IMG/VR virus record: IMGVR_UViG_3300044997_001199
Span: 151,331 to 215,330 of that record
Strand: one strand, 5' to 3'
Length of the DNA: 64,000 nt
The stretch's first letter is position 1. Every line of letters begins with the position of its first letter. The position numbers and the translations under genes were made by a program. Below are positions 38,397 to 48,225 of the stretch, piece after piece. The notes under the pieces are model-generated. The model was not told the origin of the DNA. It was given only the letters and a program-made list of their open reading frames with translations, and searched no databases.

Positions 38397-39026
38397 TCAA
38401 TTGATCACTGGAGCGGTGATGACCAAATCGCAATTAAAAGTTTCACCGTCGTACAGTTTATAGGCATGATCTCCCAATAGTCCCCGCTGGGCGCGCATTG
38501 CTGCATCCAGTTGTTGCGGCACTCCGTTAATGGTCACGTTTTGTCTTCCGTCGTCATTGGCTGAATTACTAGGACCATTGGCATCATCCCACGAATCCTC
38601 CTTGGGGCTACTGGCAACAATCAAGCATTCTCTACGGCGCTGACCATACTTGGCCCGCCATTGTTCACGTGTCAACGATTCTGCATCTGCTAGAATTTCT
38701 GAATCAGACTCTGGACGACCATTTGGCCACTGAGCATCTGGGGACACCTTGACGAAGGAAATAGTAGGTACTGCGTAGTTACATCGTGTCTGAGTATATA
38801 TAATGTCGCCGCCAGACACGTGTAGAGACAAGGGCACAGTGCCGTGCGTAGTTAACGGAAAGTCAAATTGAGCTAAAAGCCAATCAGTGCCTAAGTTTTC
38901 CACGGTTCTTTCCGAAAACTCAGGCTTACTGAGAACTGTGCCGCTGAAAACCTGGATACCATCCAGGTTGATTGTAACGACTACATTGCTGCCTTGGGCT
39001 TCACCAAAAATTTTCATCGAACGCAT
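38397..39026 (-). CDS. Hypothetical protein (possibly virion-associated)
   Basis: Start set by AAGGAG SD and TAAATA (39050-39055). Confidence 0.55.
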   Translation of the reverse strand: MRSMKIFGEAQGSNVVVTINLDGIQVFSGTVLSKPEFSERTVENLGTDWLLAQFDFPLTTHGTVPLSLHVSGGDIIYTQTRCNYAVPTISFVKVSPDAQWPNGRPESDSEILADAESLTREQWRAKYGQRRRECLIVASSPKEDSWDDANGPSNSANDDGRQNVTINGVPQQLDAAMRAQRGLLGDHAYKLYDGETFNCDLVITAPVIN

Positions 39027-39055
39027 GCTCATGCTCCTTGTAATACAAGTATTTA

Positions 39056-39835
39056 TCACTGCCAATGAGTTTTTACTGTTACGTCTGCAATAGCGTGTGG
39101 TTTGGGATGACCGTGAAATACCATGACACTGGTTCCTGTGGGGATATGAGTTCCCGACCCGGGAGTCAGATGCTGTCGTTTGGCAAAATTCCACCCGCCG
39201 TCGTGACATTCCCACCGCCAACTACGCACTCGATCGCTGTCGTAATAGTGTACATCACCAAGTGCAATATTCGCTGTCAAAAAATCTTGATCTCCGGGAT
39301 ACCGAGCGATTGTTTGTTGTACCGGAATCTGACAGAACTGATTCCAAAGATAGTCAAACCGCTGAACATTCCACCACATCATGCTGGAATTGATTCCCAC
39401 ATGTGTTTTTCGCTGTAGATATCGAAAATCTCGCAGAGTGCAGAATCGATCAGTGGATTCGGATACTGCCCAGCTAAGATCAGCAACTATAACCACATCC
39501 AGGTCAAAATACAAAAGGTCCCCGGCATGATGTCGAGGATCAAACATCTGCATCTTGTACCACCAGGCACGTTTTGGTCCACTGATTTCTGCCCAAGGGT
39601 CTAAACAATGCTTGATCATGTGAGGCGGCACTGATCGATCGTGCTCGGTCCAGACATGAAAACGTATCGGTCGCGGCATGTGTCGCGTAATCATGTTGTA
39701 CAGACGTTCCACATAGATCCAGTCATAGGTGGTTCCATGTATCACACAGCCACAATCCACCACATCAGGTACGGCCCCACTATGTTTTTGCTGTCGATAC
39801 TGAGCCTTGGCTGCCCTAATGGTCTGCTTGTGCAT
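39056..39835 (-). CDS. GT-A glycosyltransferase
   Basis: YVERLYNM, WWYK, LYFDLDVVI (DxD), NSSMM, GDQ, VFHGHPKPH. Confidence 0.8.
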   Translation of the reverse strand: MHKQTIRAAKAQYRQQKHSGAVPDVVDCGCVIHGTTYDWIYVERLYNMITRHMPRPIRFHVWTEHDRSVPPHMIKHCLDPWAEISGPKRAWWYKMQMFDPRHHAGDLLYFDLDVVIVADLSWAVSESTDRFCTLRDFRYLQRKTHVGINSSMMWWNVQRFDYLWNQFCQIPVQQTIARYPGDQDFLTANIALGDVHYYDSDRVRSWRWECHDGGWNFAKRQHLTPGSGTHIPTGTSVMVFHGHPKPHAIADVTVKTHWQ

Positions 39836-40625
39836 GGATCGTCCAATACGGATATTGCCTGAGTATCTGCATGACTGAGTCGGGATATCCTGGATCGGTT
39901 ACATGGTATGTGCGACACTTGTAATTGATCGCGGCTGTTGTGTCCCCACGCTTGAAATCCGCTAGCATGGTGTCGGCGTCTCGAAACTGTGTTTCAATAC
40001 AACTGCGTACCTTGTTTAAAATGCGTTGGTCGTCGCCCATCCATCCCCAATGCCATCCTGCACGATGAGGGAATGCCACACAATGATCACGATTTTTGCG
40101 TTTGCGTGCCCGTCCTACCCCAGCATCAAACCCTTTGTACAGAGCAGCAGGATCTCGGAAATGACGTTTTTTGGCCACTACTGTGCCTTTCCACCCACGA
40201 TCCACTCGCTGATCAAATCTGTAGAGATAGAAGTCCAACACACAGCTCACCGGTTGGTCGTGTTGATCAAGGTATGCCAGGATTTGGGGCACCCTGTCGG
40301 GGTTGAGTATTTCATCGAGATCACTGTGCATGATCACGTCGTCGTCTGCACTGTCATGATAGGCATCACGAATTGCTGCACGCTGACCGTTTTCTATGTC
40401 CCAATTGGTCCAAGATTCGGGTATGTCTAACTTCACTATGTGCATGCGATCAATGTATCGATCATATCTTGTTAGGTTGTCCGATAGGTGATAAGGCTTG
40501 GGGTGACCGCTCAACGTGCGGTTGCCTTCGCATATGATCCAGCGATCTGCCCAGGATTCCGTGAGCGCCAGACGTATGTCCAGCATGTCAAACTCGTCGT
40601 TGAAAAGTGTGGTGTCTATGATCAT
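39816..40625 (-). CDS. Glycosyltransferase family 17-like
   Basis: FNDEFDMLDIRL, EGNRT.SG..K, ENGQR, SDLDEI, AGWH. Confidence 0.8.
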   Translation of the reverse strand: MIIDTTLFNDEFDMLDIRLALTESWADRWIICEGNRTLSGHPKPYHLSDNLTRYDRYIDRMHIVKLDIPESWTNWDIENGQRAAIRDAYHDSADDDVIMHSDLDEILNPDRVPQILAYLDQHDQPVSCVLDFYLYRFDQRVDRGWKGTVVAKKRHFRDPAALYKGFDAGVGRARKRKNRDHCVAFPHRAGWHWGWMGDDQRILNKVRSCIETQFRDADTMLADFKRGDTTAAINYKCRTYHVTDPGYPDSVMQILRQYPYWTIHAQADH

Positions 40626-40659
40626 GGATTTCTAAATAATTTGTCTGAACACCAGTGAC

Positions 40660-41292
40660 TCAAAACTGGTAGATGATCTGATAGGCATCATAGATGGGCA
40701 CAATGTTTTTTTGTTCAAGATATTCCACGATCATGCGACCCTTGCCAATTCTTCGTTGGTTGGAGGCAAATCTGCTGTTGTCGTCAATGGCCACCACGGT
40801 ACCGGTTGACAGATAGGGTTCGATGATCTGGAATTCTTTGAAATGGTGCTGGGCACTGGGTTGGTCGTTTTTCCATTTCACATCCCAGCTGTCGAGATAA
40901 AACAGATCTACCTGGCCCAGGTCCGTGAGACTGCTCAACCAGCTCACACTGTCACTGCAGGTTACAGACACATGACCATGGTTCAACGCTGCCTCGGCTG
41001 TGCTCACAGCCACCGGATCAATGTCTACCGATCGCACGCGACCGCCGTGGGCCAGGGTAAACTCCGCAAACAATCGAGAACTTTGCCCGTCTTTCCAGTT
41101 ACCGGGATTGCGCAGGGTTCCTGTTTCGATGATATCAAACGGCCCACTGCGTTTGGCCAACAACAACTCAAATATCAACCCAAACCCCCGAGCCCGGTGG
41201 CAGTGCCCTTCTATTAGCCCTCGCTTGATACCACTGGTCCGTATGTCTAGCAACGATGCATATTGGATTTCAAACTGCTGTTGCCAGGACAT
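40660..41292 (-). CDS. Class I SAM-dependent methyltransferase
   Basis: IIETGT, SVDID, DSVSWL, DLFYLDS, VAIDD. Confidence 0.8.
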   Translation of the reverse strand: MSWQQQFEIQYASLLDIRTSGIKRGLIEGHCHRARGFGLIFELLLAKRSGPFDIIETGTLRNPGNWKDGQSSRLFAEFTLAHGGRVRSVDIDPVAVSTAEAALNHGHVSVTCSDSVSWLSSLTDLGQVDLFYLDSWDVKWKNDQPSAQHHFKEFQIIEPYLSTGTVVAIDDNSRFASNQRRIGKGRMIVEYLEQKNIVPIYDAYQIIYQF

Positions 41293-41501
41293 CACAGACA
41301 CTCGGGTTTGACCACAATCCAGCACGGTCCCAGTTTGTTGGCACGGATCAATTCAACCGCACAATATGCGGCTGATTTGCCAGTCCACGATCCCAGTTCG
41401 ACCCAGGTACCGCCGACGGGAAAGTTTTCTATGACCAGATCGAACATCACGGTGTTGCGATGAGACATGAATCCTGTTATATTGTGAAAAAAGTGTTCCA
41501 T
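41292..41501 (-). pseudogene. Truncated methyltransferase (N-terminal part only)
   Basis: MEHFFHNITGF..WVELGSWTGKSA, stops after 69 aa before the rest of the Rossmann fold. Confidence 0.65.
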
Positions 41502-41541
41502 GACTTTATATTTACCATTATCTGCTCCGATAAATATTTGT

Positions 41542-42312
41542 ATGAACAAGACCATAGTTTTAATCACTGGTGGATTTGATCCTGTGCACTCAGGGCACAT
41601 CGCTTATATCAATGCAGCACGAAAACTAGGCGATGTGCTGGTAGTGGGTGTGAACTCAGACGCTTGGCTGTCTCGCAAAAAAGGCCGAGCATTCATGCCT
41701 GAATTCGAACGTTGTACTGTGGTCCGATCCATAGTAGGCGTGGACTTTGTGATTACCTTTGATGATTCCGATGGATCGGCACGCGATGCTATACGCAAGG
41801 TGCGAGACAGTTATCCAGGAGATCGCATTGTTTTCGCCAATGGCGGTGATCGAACTGCTGTGAACATACCCGAGATGGACCTGCAGGACCCTGGACTGGA
41901 ATTCCAATTTGGCGTGGGCGGAGCTCACAAAGCCAACTCATCATCCTGGATACTGGAAGAATGGAAAGCACCCAAAACTCAACGGACCTGGGGATACTAC
42001 CGTGTGCTGTACGAATATGAGGCCGAGGTCAAGCTCAAAGAATTGATAGTGGACCCCGGCCAGCGGCTCAGCATGCAACGCCATCGAGATCGCTCCGAAC
42101 ATTGGTTCGTGGCCCAGGGTACTGCCACGGTGTATACTATCAATCGGTCAACCGATGCTGAAATACTGGGGATCTACCAGGCCCACCAACACGTACACAT
42201 TTCTCGTGCCCAGTGGCACCAATTGGTCAATGAAACTGATCAACCGTTGAAACTTATTGAAATCCAGTACGGTACCAATTGTGTGGAAGAAGACATAGAG
42301 AGACGTACTTGA
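41542..42312 (+). CDS. Cytidylyltransferase-like (HxGH) domain fused to mannose-6-phosphate-isomerase-type cupin
   Basis: GGFDPVHSGH, FANGGDR, NSSS; R.WG.Y, LSMQRH..RSEHW, IEIQ.G....EDIER. Confidence 0.88.
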   Translation: MNKTIVLITGGFDPVHSGHIAYINAARKLGDVLVVGVNSDAWLSRKKGRAFMPEFERCTVVRSIVGVDFVITFDDSDGSARDAIRKVRDSYPGDRIVFANGGDRTAVNIPEMDLQDPGLEFQFGVGGAHKANSSSWILEEWKAPKTQRTWGYYRVLYEYEAEVKLKELIVDPGQRLSMQRHRDRSEHWFVAQGTATVYTINRSTDAEILGIYQAHQHVHISRAQWHQLVNETDQPLKLIEIQYGTNCVEEDIERRT

Positions 42313-42995
42313 TTCCCCTACCCATATTCATTGGCTACGATCCCAGAGAAGCCATTGCCTACCATGTGTGCGCCAACTCCATCATACGCTATGCCTCGCA
42401 GCCAGTGGCCTTGATCCCAGTGGCTCTGAACCTGTTCCAAGACTACGACGAAACCCACACCGACGGGTCCAACCATTTTATCTATACACGGTTCTTGGTT
42501 CCGCATCTCATGCGCTACATCGGCTGGGCCATATTTATCGACGGCGACATGATCCTGCGCGACGACATAGTAAAACTGTGGAATCTCCGGGATGTTTCCA
42601 AGGATGTGGTAGTAGTCAAGCATGATTACAAAACACGCATGACTGAAAAATATCTCGGTAGTCGCAACGAAGATTACCCTCGTAAAAATTGGTCCAGCGT
42701 GATCTTATGGAATTGCAACAGTTTTCCCAATCGAAAACTCACACCTGAATATGTACAACAGTCCACCGGTTCTCATCTGCATCGATTTGCCTGGCTGGAT
42801 GATACCCGAATCGGTGAATTGCCCCCAGAGTGGAACTGGCTGTCCGACGAATATGGCGCCAATCCCGATGCCAAATTGCTGCACTATACCCTGGGCACTC
42901 CCAGTTTCCACGAGTTTGCAACTACTCCGCAGGGCGACGAGTGGCATCGCGAGCGTATCTTGACCGAATACTGTCAACAGCATCAATTGCCGTGA
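42309..42995 (+). CDS. GT-A (GT8-like) glycosyltransferase
   Basis: IFIGYDPRE, F.YTRFLVP, FIDGDM, YPRKNWSS, WNWL, LLHYTLGTP. Confidence 0.85.
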   Translation: MIPLPIFIGYDPREAIAYHVCANSIIRYASQPVALIPVALNLFQDYDETHTDGSNHFIYTRFLVPHLMRYIGWAIFIDGDMILRDDIVKLWNLRDVSKDVVVVKHDYKTRMTEKYLGSRNEDYPRKNWSSVILWNCNSFPNRKLTPEYVQQSTGSHLHRFAWLDDTRIGELPPEWNWLSDEYGANPDAKLLHYTLGTPSFHEFATTPQGDEWHRERILTEYCQQHQLP

Positions 42996-43792
42996 CTGAT
43001 TGGATTTTTCTCAGCAAACACAAGCAGGATCAGTATGTCAACGCATTTGCTCAAGGCAGTGGCGGTGTCATCGTCAATACCAGTGATTTTGACTACTGTG
43101 CCAGTGGTCGTCCCATAGTATTAAGAGGCATACTCAAACACAAAATCATGCAGAGGTGTTGGCAGGATGGTCGTGATTTTTACTACATGGACTCTGGATA
43201 TCTGGGCAATCTGCCCGGGCCGCGTAACCCTCAGGGCTGGAAAACATGGCACAGGATCGTGCCAAACGATCTACAACATCAGGACATCATTGATCGTCCC
43301 GCAGATCGCTGGCAGAGACTAGGCATCCAACCGCAGCCGCGTAGGTACGGTCGGCGCATTGTCCTGGCCTGTCCAGACCAAAAACCCTGTAGATTTTATG
43401 GTATCGATCAGGCAACCTGGATTCGAAACACAGTGAATCAACTGCAGAGTCTCACCGATCGTCCTGTGTTAATACGCGAACGTGCATCTAGCCGCCAACA
43501 ACGCACACAACAAGATCCGCTGAATTGTATGCTGCAGGATGATGTGCATGTCCTGGTGACCTTTAATTCCAACGCTGCCGTGGAAAGCATACTCGCAGGA
43601 GTTCCTGCCATAGTGCTGGCTCCGACGCATGCTGCCAGCCCGGTGGCTGGAACCTGTCTAGAGCAAGTTGAATCGCCACCTTGGCCCGACACAGATAAAT
43701 TATATGCATGGTTGTGTCATCTGTCCTACGGCCAATTTCACAACACCGAGCTGGCCGATGGCACTGCCTATAGGATACTGAATGAAAACTAA
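42992..43792 (+). CDS. Capsule polysaccharide (KpsS/KpsC-like) GT-B protein
   Basis: YMDSGY, TDRP...R.R, LVTFNSNAAVESILAGVP. Confidence 0.65.
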   Translation: MTDWIFLSKHKQDQYVNAFAQGSGGVIVNTSDFDYCASGRPIVLRGILKHKIMQRCWQDGRDFYYMDSGYLGNLPGPRNPQGWKTWHRIVPNDLQHQDIIDRPADRWQRLGIQPQPRRYGRRIVLACPDQKPCRFYGIDQATWIRNTVNQLQSLTDRPVLIRERASSRQQRTQQDPLNCMLQDDVHVLVTFNSNAAVESILAGVPAIVLAPTHAASPVAGTCLEQVESPPWPDTDKLYAWLCHLSYGQFHNTELADGTAYRILNEN

Positions 43793-44780
43793 AATCTACA
43801 TGTTGTCCGGATCAACTGCCGCAGAAAAAAATCTGTTGACAGCGTTCGGTCAAGGCATTCGTCTGCACTGGGAACGAGAGCACGGAAAGATCGCAGTGTT
43901 TGACCACTTTTCTCGCATTGGGCGATGGAGCCATTGTCTAGAGGACAAATCGTTGGAATATGTCTACGATGATTTTTATACTGAATGCGATGTAGCTGTT
44001 ATTTTTGGTAGTTGGAAGCCTAGAGACAAAGGATCGCATGTAACGCGAAACAGTGTGGCCACACAGGCCAAGAGATTTGTAGTCATCGAAACACCGTTGA
44101 TCAATCGGCGCACACACGGCTCAAACGATCATTGGAGAATCGGCGTCAATGGATTTCTCAATGCCGCTGCGGAATGGCCCGTGCTGACCGTTGCCGAGGC
44201 AGACCGTAGGTTGGCCAAGTGGGACGTGAAGTGGGCCGGCTGGCAACGCAACCCCGACGGGCATGTGGTATTGGTGCTGCAACTGCCCGGTGATGCCAGT
44301 CTCAGAGGTCAAGATATCAATGACTGGGCATATCACGCCGTGATAGAGATACGCCGCCACAGCCAACGTTCCATTACCATAAGAAATCATCCACTGTGTA
44401 GCAATCGTGCCTTTGCTGATCACGAAGTCGTGGCAGCAAAATTGGCACTGTCTGGGGTGAGTAATATCAAGTTCAGTGATGGATATTTTGTGCCGTGGCA
44501 GCAGGATCTCGAAGGAGCCTGGTGTACCGTGACCTATACCAGCGGGCTGGCCATTGACAGTGTGCTGGCCGGGGTTCCCACTGTGACCTGCGACCCGGGC
44601 AACTTTGCCTGGGGCATTAGTTCTCAGTCCTTGTCAGACATAGAAAAACCAGTGCGCGCCAACAATCAAACTGTACACAGTTGGCTACGACAACTGGCCG
44701 GGTGTCAATGGAGTGAAGACGAGATAAGATCCGGCCTAGCATGGCAGTACCTCAAGACCATATTGGACAGCATGCCATGA
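43782..44780 (+). CDS. Capsule polysaccharide (KpsS/KpsC-like) GT-B protein
   Basis: LQLPGDASL, IRNHP, VTYTSGLAIDSVLAGVP. Confidence 0.7.
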   Translation: MKTKIYMLSGSTAAEKNLLTAFGQGIRLHWEREHGKIAVFDHFSRIGRWSHCLEDKSLEYVYDDFYTECDVAVIFGSWKPRDKGSHVTRNSVATQAKRFVVIETPLINRRTHGSNDHWRIGVNGFLNAAAEWPVLTVAEADRRLAKWDVKWAGWQRNPDGHVVLVLQLPGDASLRGQDINDWAYHAVIEIRRHSQRSITIRNHPLCSNRAFADHEVVAAKLALSGVSNIKFSDGYFVPWQQDLEGAWCTVTYTSGLAIDSVLAGVPTVTCDPGNFAWGISSQSLSDIEKPVRANNQTVHSWLRQLAGCQWSEDEIRSGLAWQYLKTILDSMP

Positions 44781-45763
44781 TAGTCATGAGTTTTATCAGC
44801 ACCTTGCCCAGCAAGGCTCTACACAACCCCGAGAAGAAAAGTCTCAAATACCAAACCTTGATCAAATTTGCTCAAGGAGTAAATCGCTGCGGTGATCGTG
44901 GCATGATCAGCGTGTCTGCTCAATATGAACCCTGTGATGTGGCCGTGATTCTGGGCTGGGTGCACGACAGTAGCAAATCTGCTCCGCATCTTCGACTGCG
45001 TCGAGAAATCTATGAAGAACAAAAACGCCGCGGAAACCATGTCATTATCGCTGACAGCAGTTTGTTTTTGTATCGTAACCCCGATAATCCCCACTATTAT
45101 CTAAGATACAGTTTCGACGGAGTGTTTCCTGATACTGGGCAATATTGCAACGACCGTCCCAATGTCGATCGGTGGCGTCAAATCAAAGAACACATTGGAT
45201 TAGAATTGCGTGCGTGGAGAAACAGTGGTAACCATGTGTTGTTGTGCTTGCAGAGAGACGGAGGATGGAGCATGGGAGATTTCAAGGTCGTGGATTGGGT
45301 TCTAGAAACCATACGCACTGTGCGAGAATCTAGCAACAGACCCATAGTGATCCGCCCACACCCCGGAGACCGTCGAGCTCGTATTTACTGTGACACGATA
45401 CTGGACCGTGTCCGCAACAAAAGACTGAAAAACGTTACCATGAGTGCGCCGGGCAGGTTGTTGCTGGAAGACCTTGTTGACTGCTGGGCCGTGGTTAATC
45501 ACAATTCCAGCCCAGCCGTGGCCGCAGCAATCGAAGGAATTCCGGTTTTTGTGACCGACCCGCAGCGCAGCCAGGCTGCAGCAGTGTCCAATCTAGATTT
45601 TGCATGCATGGAGAATCCCAGATTGCCCGATCGAGACGAATGGGTACACGGTCTGGCACAGTGCCACTGGAGTCACGAGGATCTGATTACCGGACGCTGC
45701 TGGCAGCACATGAGAAACTACATCGAGCCCGACTCGCTGGATTGGACCGAAGATGAAGATTGA
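44777..45763 (+). CDS. Capsule polysaccharide (KpsS/KpsC-like) GT-B protein
   Basis: CLQRDGGWSM, IRPHP, VVNHNSSPAVAAAIEGIPV. Confidence 0.7.
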   Translation: MIVMSFISTLPSKALHNPEKKSLKYQTLIKFAQGVNRCGDRGMISVSAQYEPCDVAVILGWVHDSSKSAPHLRLRREIYEEQKRRGNHVIIADSSLFLYRNPDNPHYYLRYSFDGVFPDTGQYCNDRPNVDRWRQIKEHIGLELRAWRNSGNHVLLCLQRDGGWSMGDFKVVDWVLETIRTVRESSNRPIVIRPHPGDRRARIYCDTILDRVRNKRLKNVTMSAPGRLLLEDLVDCWAVVNHNSSPAVAAAIEGIPVFVTDPQRSQAAAVSNLDFACMENPRLPDRDEWVHGLAQCHWSHEDLITGRCWQHMRNYIEPDSLDWTEDED

Positions 45764-47096
45764 AGTTATTACCAGTTTTAACCAACACTTCTACGATGTC
45801 ATTGGCCGTGATGCTGTGCGATCCTGGCTACAACATTGGCCGCAGACACTGCGTCTTACCTGTTACGTAGAACAGTGCAAGATTCCCGCCAATGATCGCA
45901 CACCCACCGTTGACTTTGATCGGTTTGATGACCGATACTGGCAGTTCCAACAGGATCCTCTGTTGAAATCGCGTGTCAAAATCTTTGCAAAAAAGGCCTG
46001 GTCATTCATGCATGCAGCTCAAAATTCCACTGCAGATCGTGTGATCTGGATCGATGCCGATGTGATCACCACACAGACTATGTGTCTGGAATTCTTGCAA
46101 AGTATCATGCCTGATTCAGTATTGAGCACCCATCTCGGTGTGACTTACGAGACCGACGGGCGCGGCAGATCAGGACCCTGGTTGGTTCCTGAAACTGGAT
46201 TCTTTGCGATCAATCGGCGTCATGAAAAATTTCAAGAGTTTGTCGATGAGTATCAACGAAGATATCTCCATCGCGACTGCGCCGATCTACGTAGATTCTA
46301 TGACAATGATGTATATGGTGCAGCACTGACCACTGTTGCTGCAACTGTGCTGGACCTCTGCGCTGAACTAAAAAAATCTTACAAAACTCCATTGCGCCAC
46401 ACTGTGTTGGGCTCATATCTTTGTCACTATAAGTCCAAACACAACAAAGCGCAGTACATGAACACACTCGACGCTGTGCATTGCCCGGATATCAATCAAA
46501 ACTATCTCGTACTAGGACACGGACGCACCGGTAGTCTCCTGATCTTTGACATCCTCAAGCAACTGTGTCCTGGCCACCACTCATACTTTTATGCAGCCGA
46601 TAAAAAAATACATGATGGTAAAACTGATCTGCCATTGGCAGATCAGTGCCTTGAGTCTCCCTGGGTCATGCATAGTCATGAAATAAAATCCTATGTTGGT
46701 CTCACTGACCAAGAAAAAAACAACACCGTGGTGATACATTCTCAGAGACGCAACAAGTTTGATTGTGCTGTGAGTCATCTGACTGCGAGACACACCGGGG
46801 TTTTTTACCAGGACGAATACCGTGATTCTCCGGATCCAGGCAACGCATTTGATGTCCGCCCTGACGATTTTTGGGATCATATACATTTCTGCCAAGAGTG
46901 GAAAAAGCGTTTCAACCGCCGTGTTGTCAAACCAGACAAATACAAAAAGTTAGTTACAATTGATTTTGACGAATTGATTTCGTCCCCGGCAACGGTTGTC
47001 TCGGGATCACTTGATTTGCCGATGCCAGTGTCACTGTCCAAAATCAACTGGCAATCAAAAAAAAATGAAAAATCGTCCCGAGCATCTCATCCTTAA
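45753..47096 (+). CDS. GT-A glycosyltransferase fused to sulfotransferase-like domain; probable frameshift near the 3' end
   Basis: VIWIDADV, ETGF, HYK; then LVLGHGRTGS, RRN.FD.AVS; A9 run at 47057-47065. Confidence 0.7.
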   Translation: MKIEVITSFNQHFYDVIGRDAVRSWLQHWPQTLRLTCYVEQCKIPANDRTPTVDFDRFDDRYWQFQQDPLLKSRVKIFAKKAWSFMHAAQNSTADRVIWIDADVITTQTMCLEFLQSIMPDSVLSTHLGVTYETDGRGRSGPWLVPETGFFAINRRHEKFQEFVDEYQRRYLHRDCADLRRFYDNDVYGAALTTVAATVLDLCAELKKSYKTPLRHTVLGSYLCHYKSKHNKAQYMNTLDAVHCPDINQNYLVLGHGRTGSLLIFDILKQLCPGHHSYFYAADKKIHDGKTDLPLADQCLESPWVMHSHEIKSYVGLTDQEKNNTVVIHSQRRNKFDCAVSHLTARHTGVFYQDEYRDSPDPGNAFDVRPDDFWDHIHFCQEWKKRFNRRVVKPDKYKKLVTIDFDELISSPATVVSGSLDLPMPVSLSKINWQSKKNEKSSRASHP

Positions 47097-47277
47097 CTAT
47101 CAGGAACTGATTGATCAATATCGTCATGGGCACGACCCGACAATTAAGAAATATCAACAGTTTAAAAGATAGTTTCGCGTGAGGGCATGATCTAGATCAG
47201 CGCAATGGTTTTGTAAAAAAATAGATCCAAACTCATTGTTAAAACAATCAACAACCAGTATAATAAAAGAAAAGTCA

Positions 47278-47354
47278 GCCCAGGTGATGGAATTGGTATA
47301 CGTGTCGGATTCAAAATCCGAATTTTGTGGGTTCGAGTCCCGCCCAGGGCACCA
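47278..47354 (+). tRNA. tRNA-Leu(CAA), short variable arm
   Basis: GCCCAGG/CCAGGGC acceptor (one A:A mismatch), TCGGA-TTCAAAA-TCCGA, GTTCGAGTCC, CCA end. Confidence 0.85.
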
Positions 47355-47361
47355 GATCAAT

Positions 47362-47435
47362 CGCGGGTTGGGCCAGTGGTTGGCCGAAGGTCTCATAAAC
47401 CTTACAGAGTGGTTCGATTCCACTACCCGCATCCA
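47362..47435 (+). tRNA. tRNA-Met(CAT), initiator-like
   Basis: CGCGGGT/ACCCGCA with C1:A72 mismatch, AAGGT-CTCATAA-ACCTT, AGTGG-TTCGATT-CCACT, CCA. Confidence 0.8.
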
Positions 47436-47452
47436 GACCAAGGAGTAGATGC

Positions 47453-47677
47453 ATGAATTGTTATCCAGCACAAGGTGCTCGGGGCGTTCTTGTACGCACG
47501 GTTACCGACGACGTTGTGCTACCAATCTACAACGAGATTGGTGATTTTGTTGACTTTGATCTCGCACATTCCGACCTGTCTGTCACTGTGACCGATCCTG
47601 ATGCATATTTTTATCAGCATACCGACGGTAAACTTGTGCTAGATCACAGTCCTGAGATGCTGAGAATTAAATACTAG
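47453..47677 (+). CDS. Hypothetical protein
   Basis: AAGGAG SD, 74 aa. Confidence 0.6.
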   Translation: MNCYPAQGARGVLVRTVTDDVVLPIYNEIGDFVDFDLAHSDLSVTVTDPDAYFYQHTDGKLVLDHSPEMLRIKY

Positions 47678-47694
47678 TTTACAGGAGTACACTA

Positions 47695-48003
47695 ATGTTA
47701 ATTGCAATCACTATCGTTGTTGCCGCGATAATTTTTTACGTGGCATATACCAAATCCAGACACAATAAGATTAAGGATTTTCCGGAATTGATTGACCAAG
47801 TCTCGGTCGTGGCTGATGCAACCTCACAACCGGCCATGCCGGAACCTGAGGTAGAAGTTGTAGCGGAACCTGCTGCAGAGATTTTGGCTGACGTCGGGAC
47901 TCAGACTTCCACCAACAAAAGACCCGCACGTAACAAAGCAAAGGTTCAACCCGTCGATCCCGCCGCAGCCAGTCGTCGACCCCGCGCTCGTGCCAAACAG
48001 TAA
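47695..48003 (+). CDS. Membrane-anchored protein with basic tail
   Basis: N-terminal TM, acidic middle, K/R-rich end; TAAATA (47668-47673) and AGGAG. Confidence 0.65.
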   Translation: MLIAITIVVAAIIFYVAYTKSRHNKIKDFPELIDQVSVVADATSQPAMPEPEVEVVAEPAAEILADVGTQTSTNKRPARNKAKVQPVDPAAASRRPRARAKQ

Positions 48004-48004
48004 T

Positions 48005-48080
48005 CTGCCTGTAGCTCAGCCGGAAGAGCAACGGCCTTCTAAGCCGTCGGCCGGGGGTTCGAATCCCTCCAGGCAGGCCA
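48005..48080 (+). tRNA. tRNA-Arg(TCT)
   Basis: CTGCCTG/CAGGCAG, ACGGC-CTTCTAA-GCCGT, GTTCGAATCC, CCA. Confidence 0.92.
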
Positions 48081-48085
48081 TCGAT

Positions 48086-48122
48086 GCGCTTGTAGCTTAA
48101 GGGTTAAAGTAGCGGGCTCTTT
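48086..48122 (+). pseudogene. 5' half of a tRNA (probably Lys-CTT) truncated at the anticodon loop
   Basis: GCGCTTG-TA-GCTT-AAGGGTTA-AAGT-A-GCGGG-CTCTT followed by AT-rich sequence. Confidence 0.55.
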
Positions 48123-48225
48123 TATTTTATTTTTATAATTATTAAAAAGTGACAGATATGCCCACCCTAAAAGTTTATAATAATTTGTAAAGAAATATTA
48201 CTATACACGTAAAAATAATTTTTAT

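Noticed and set aside
47236-47448. ORFs across the tRNA genes (also the 49271 and 51136 extensions)
   Set aside because: They are translations of tRNA sequence; true starts lie downstream
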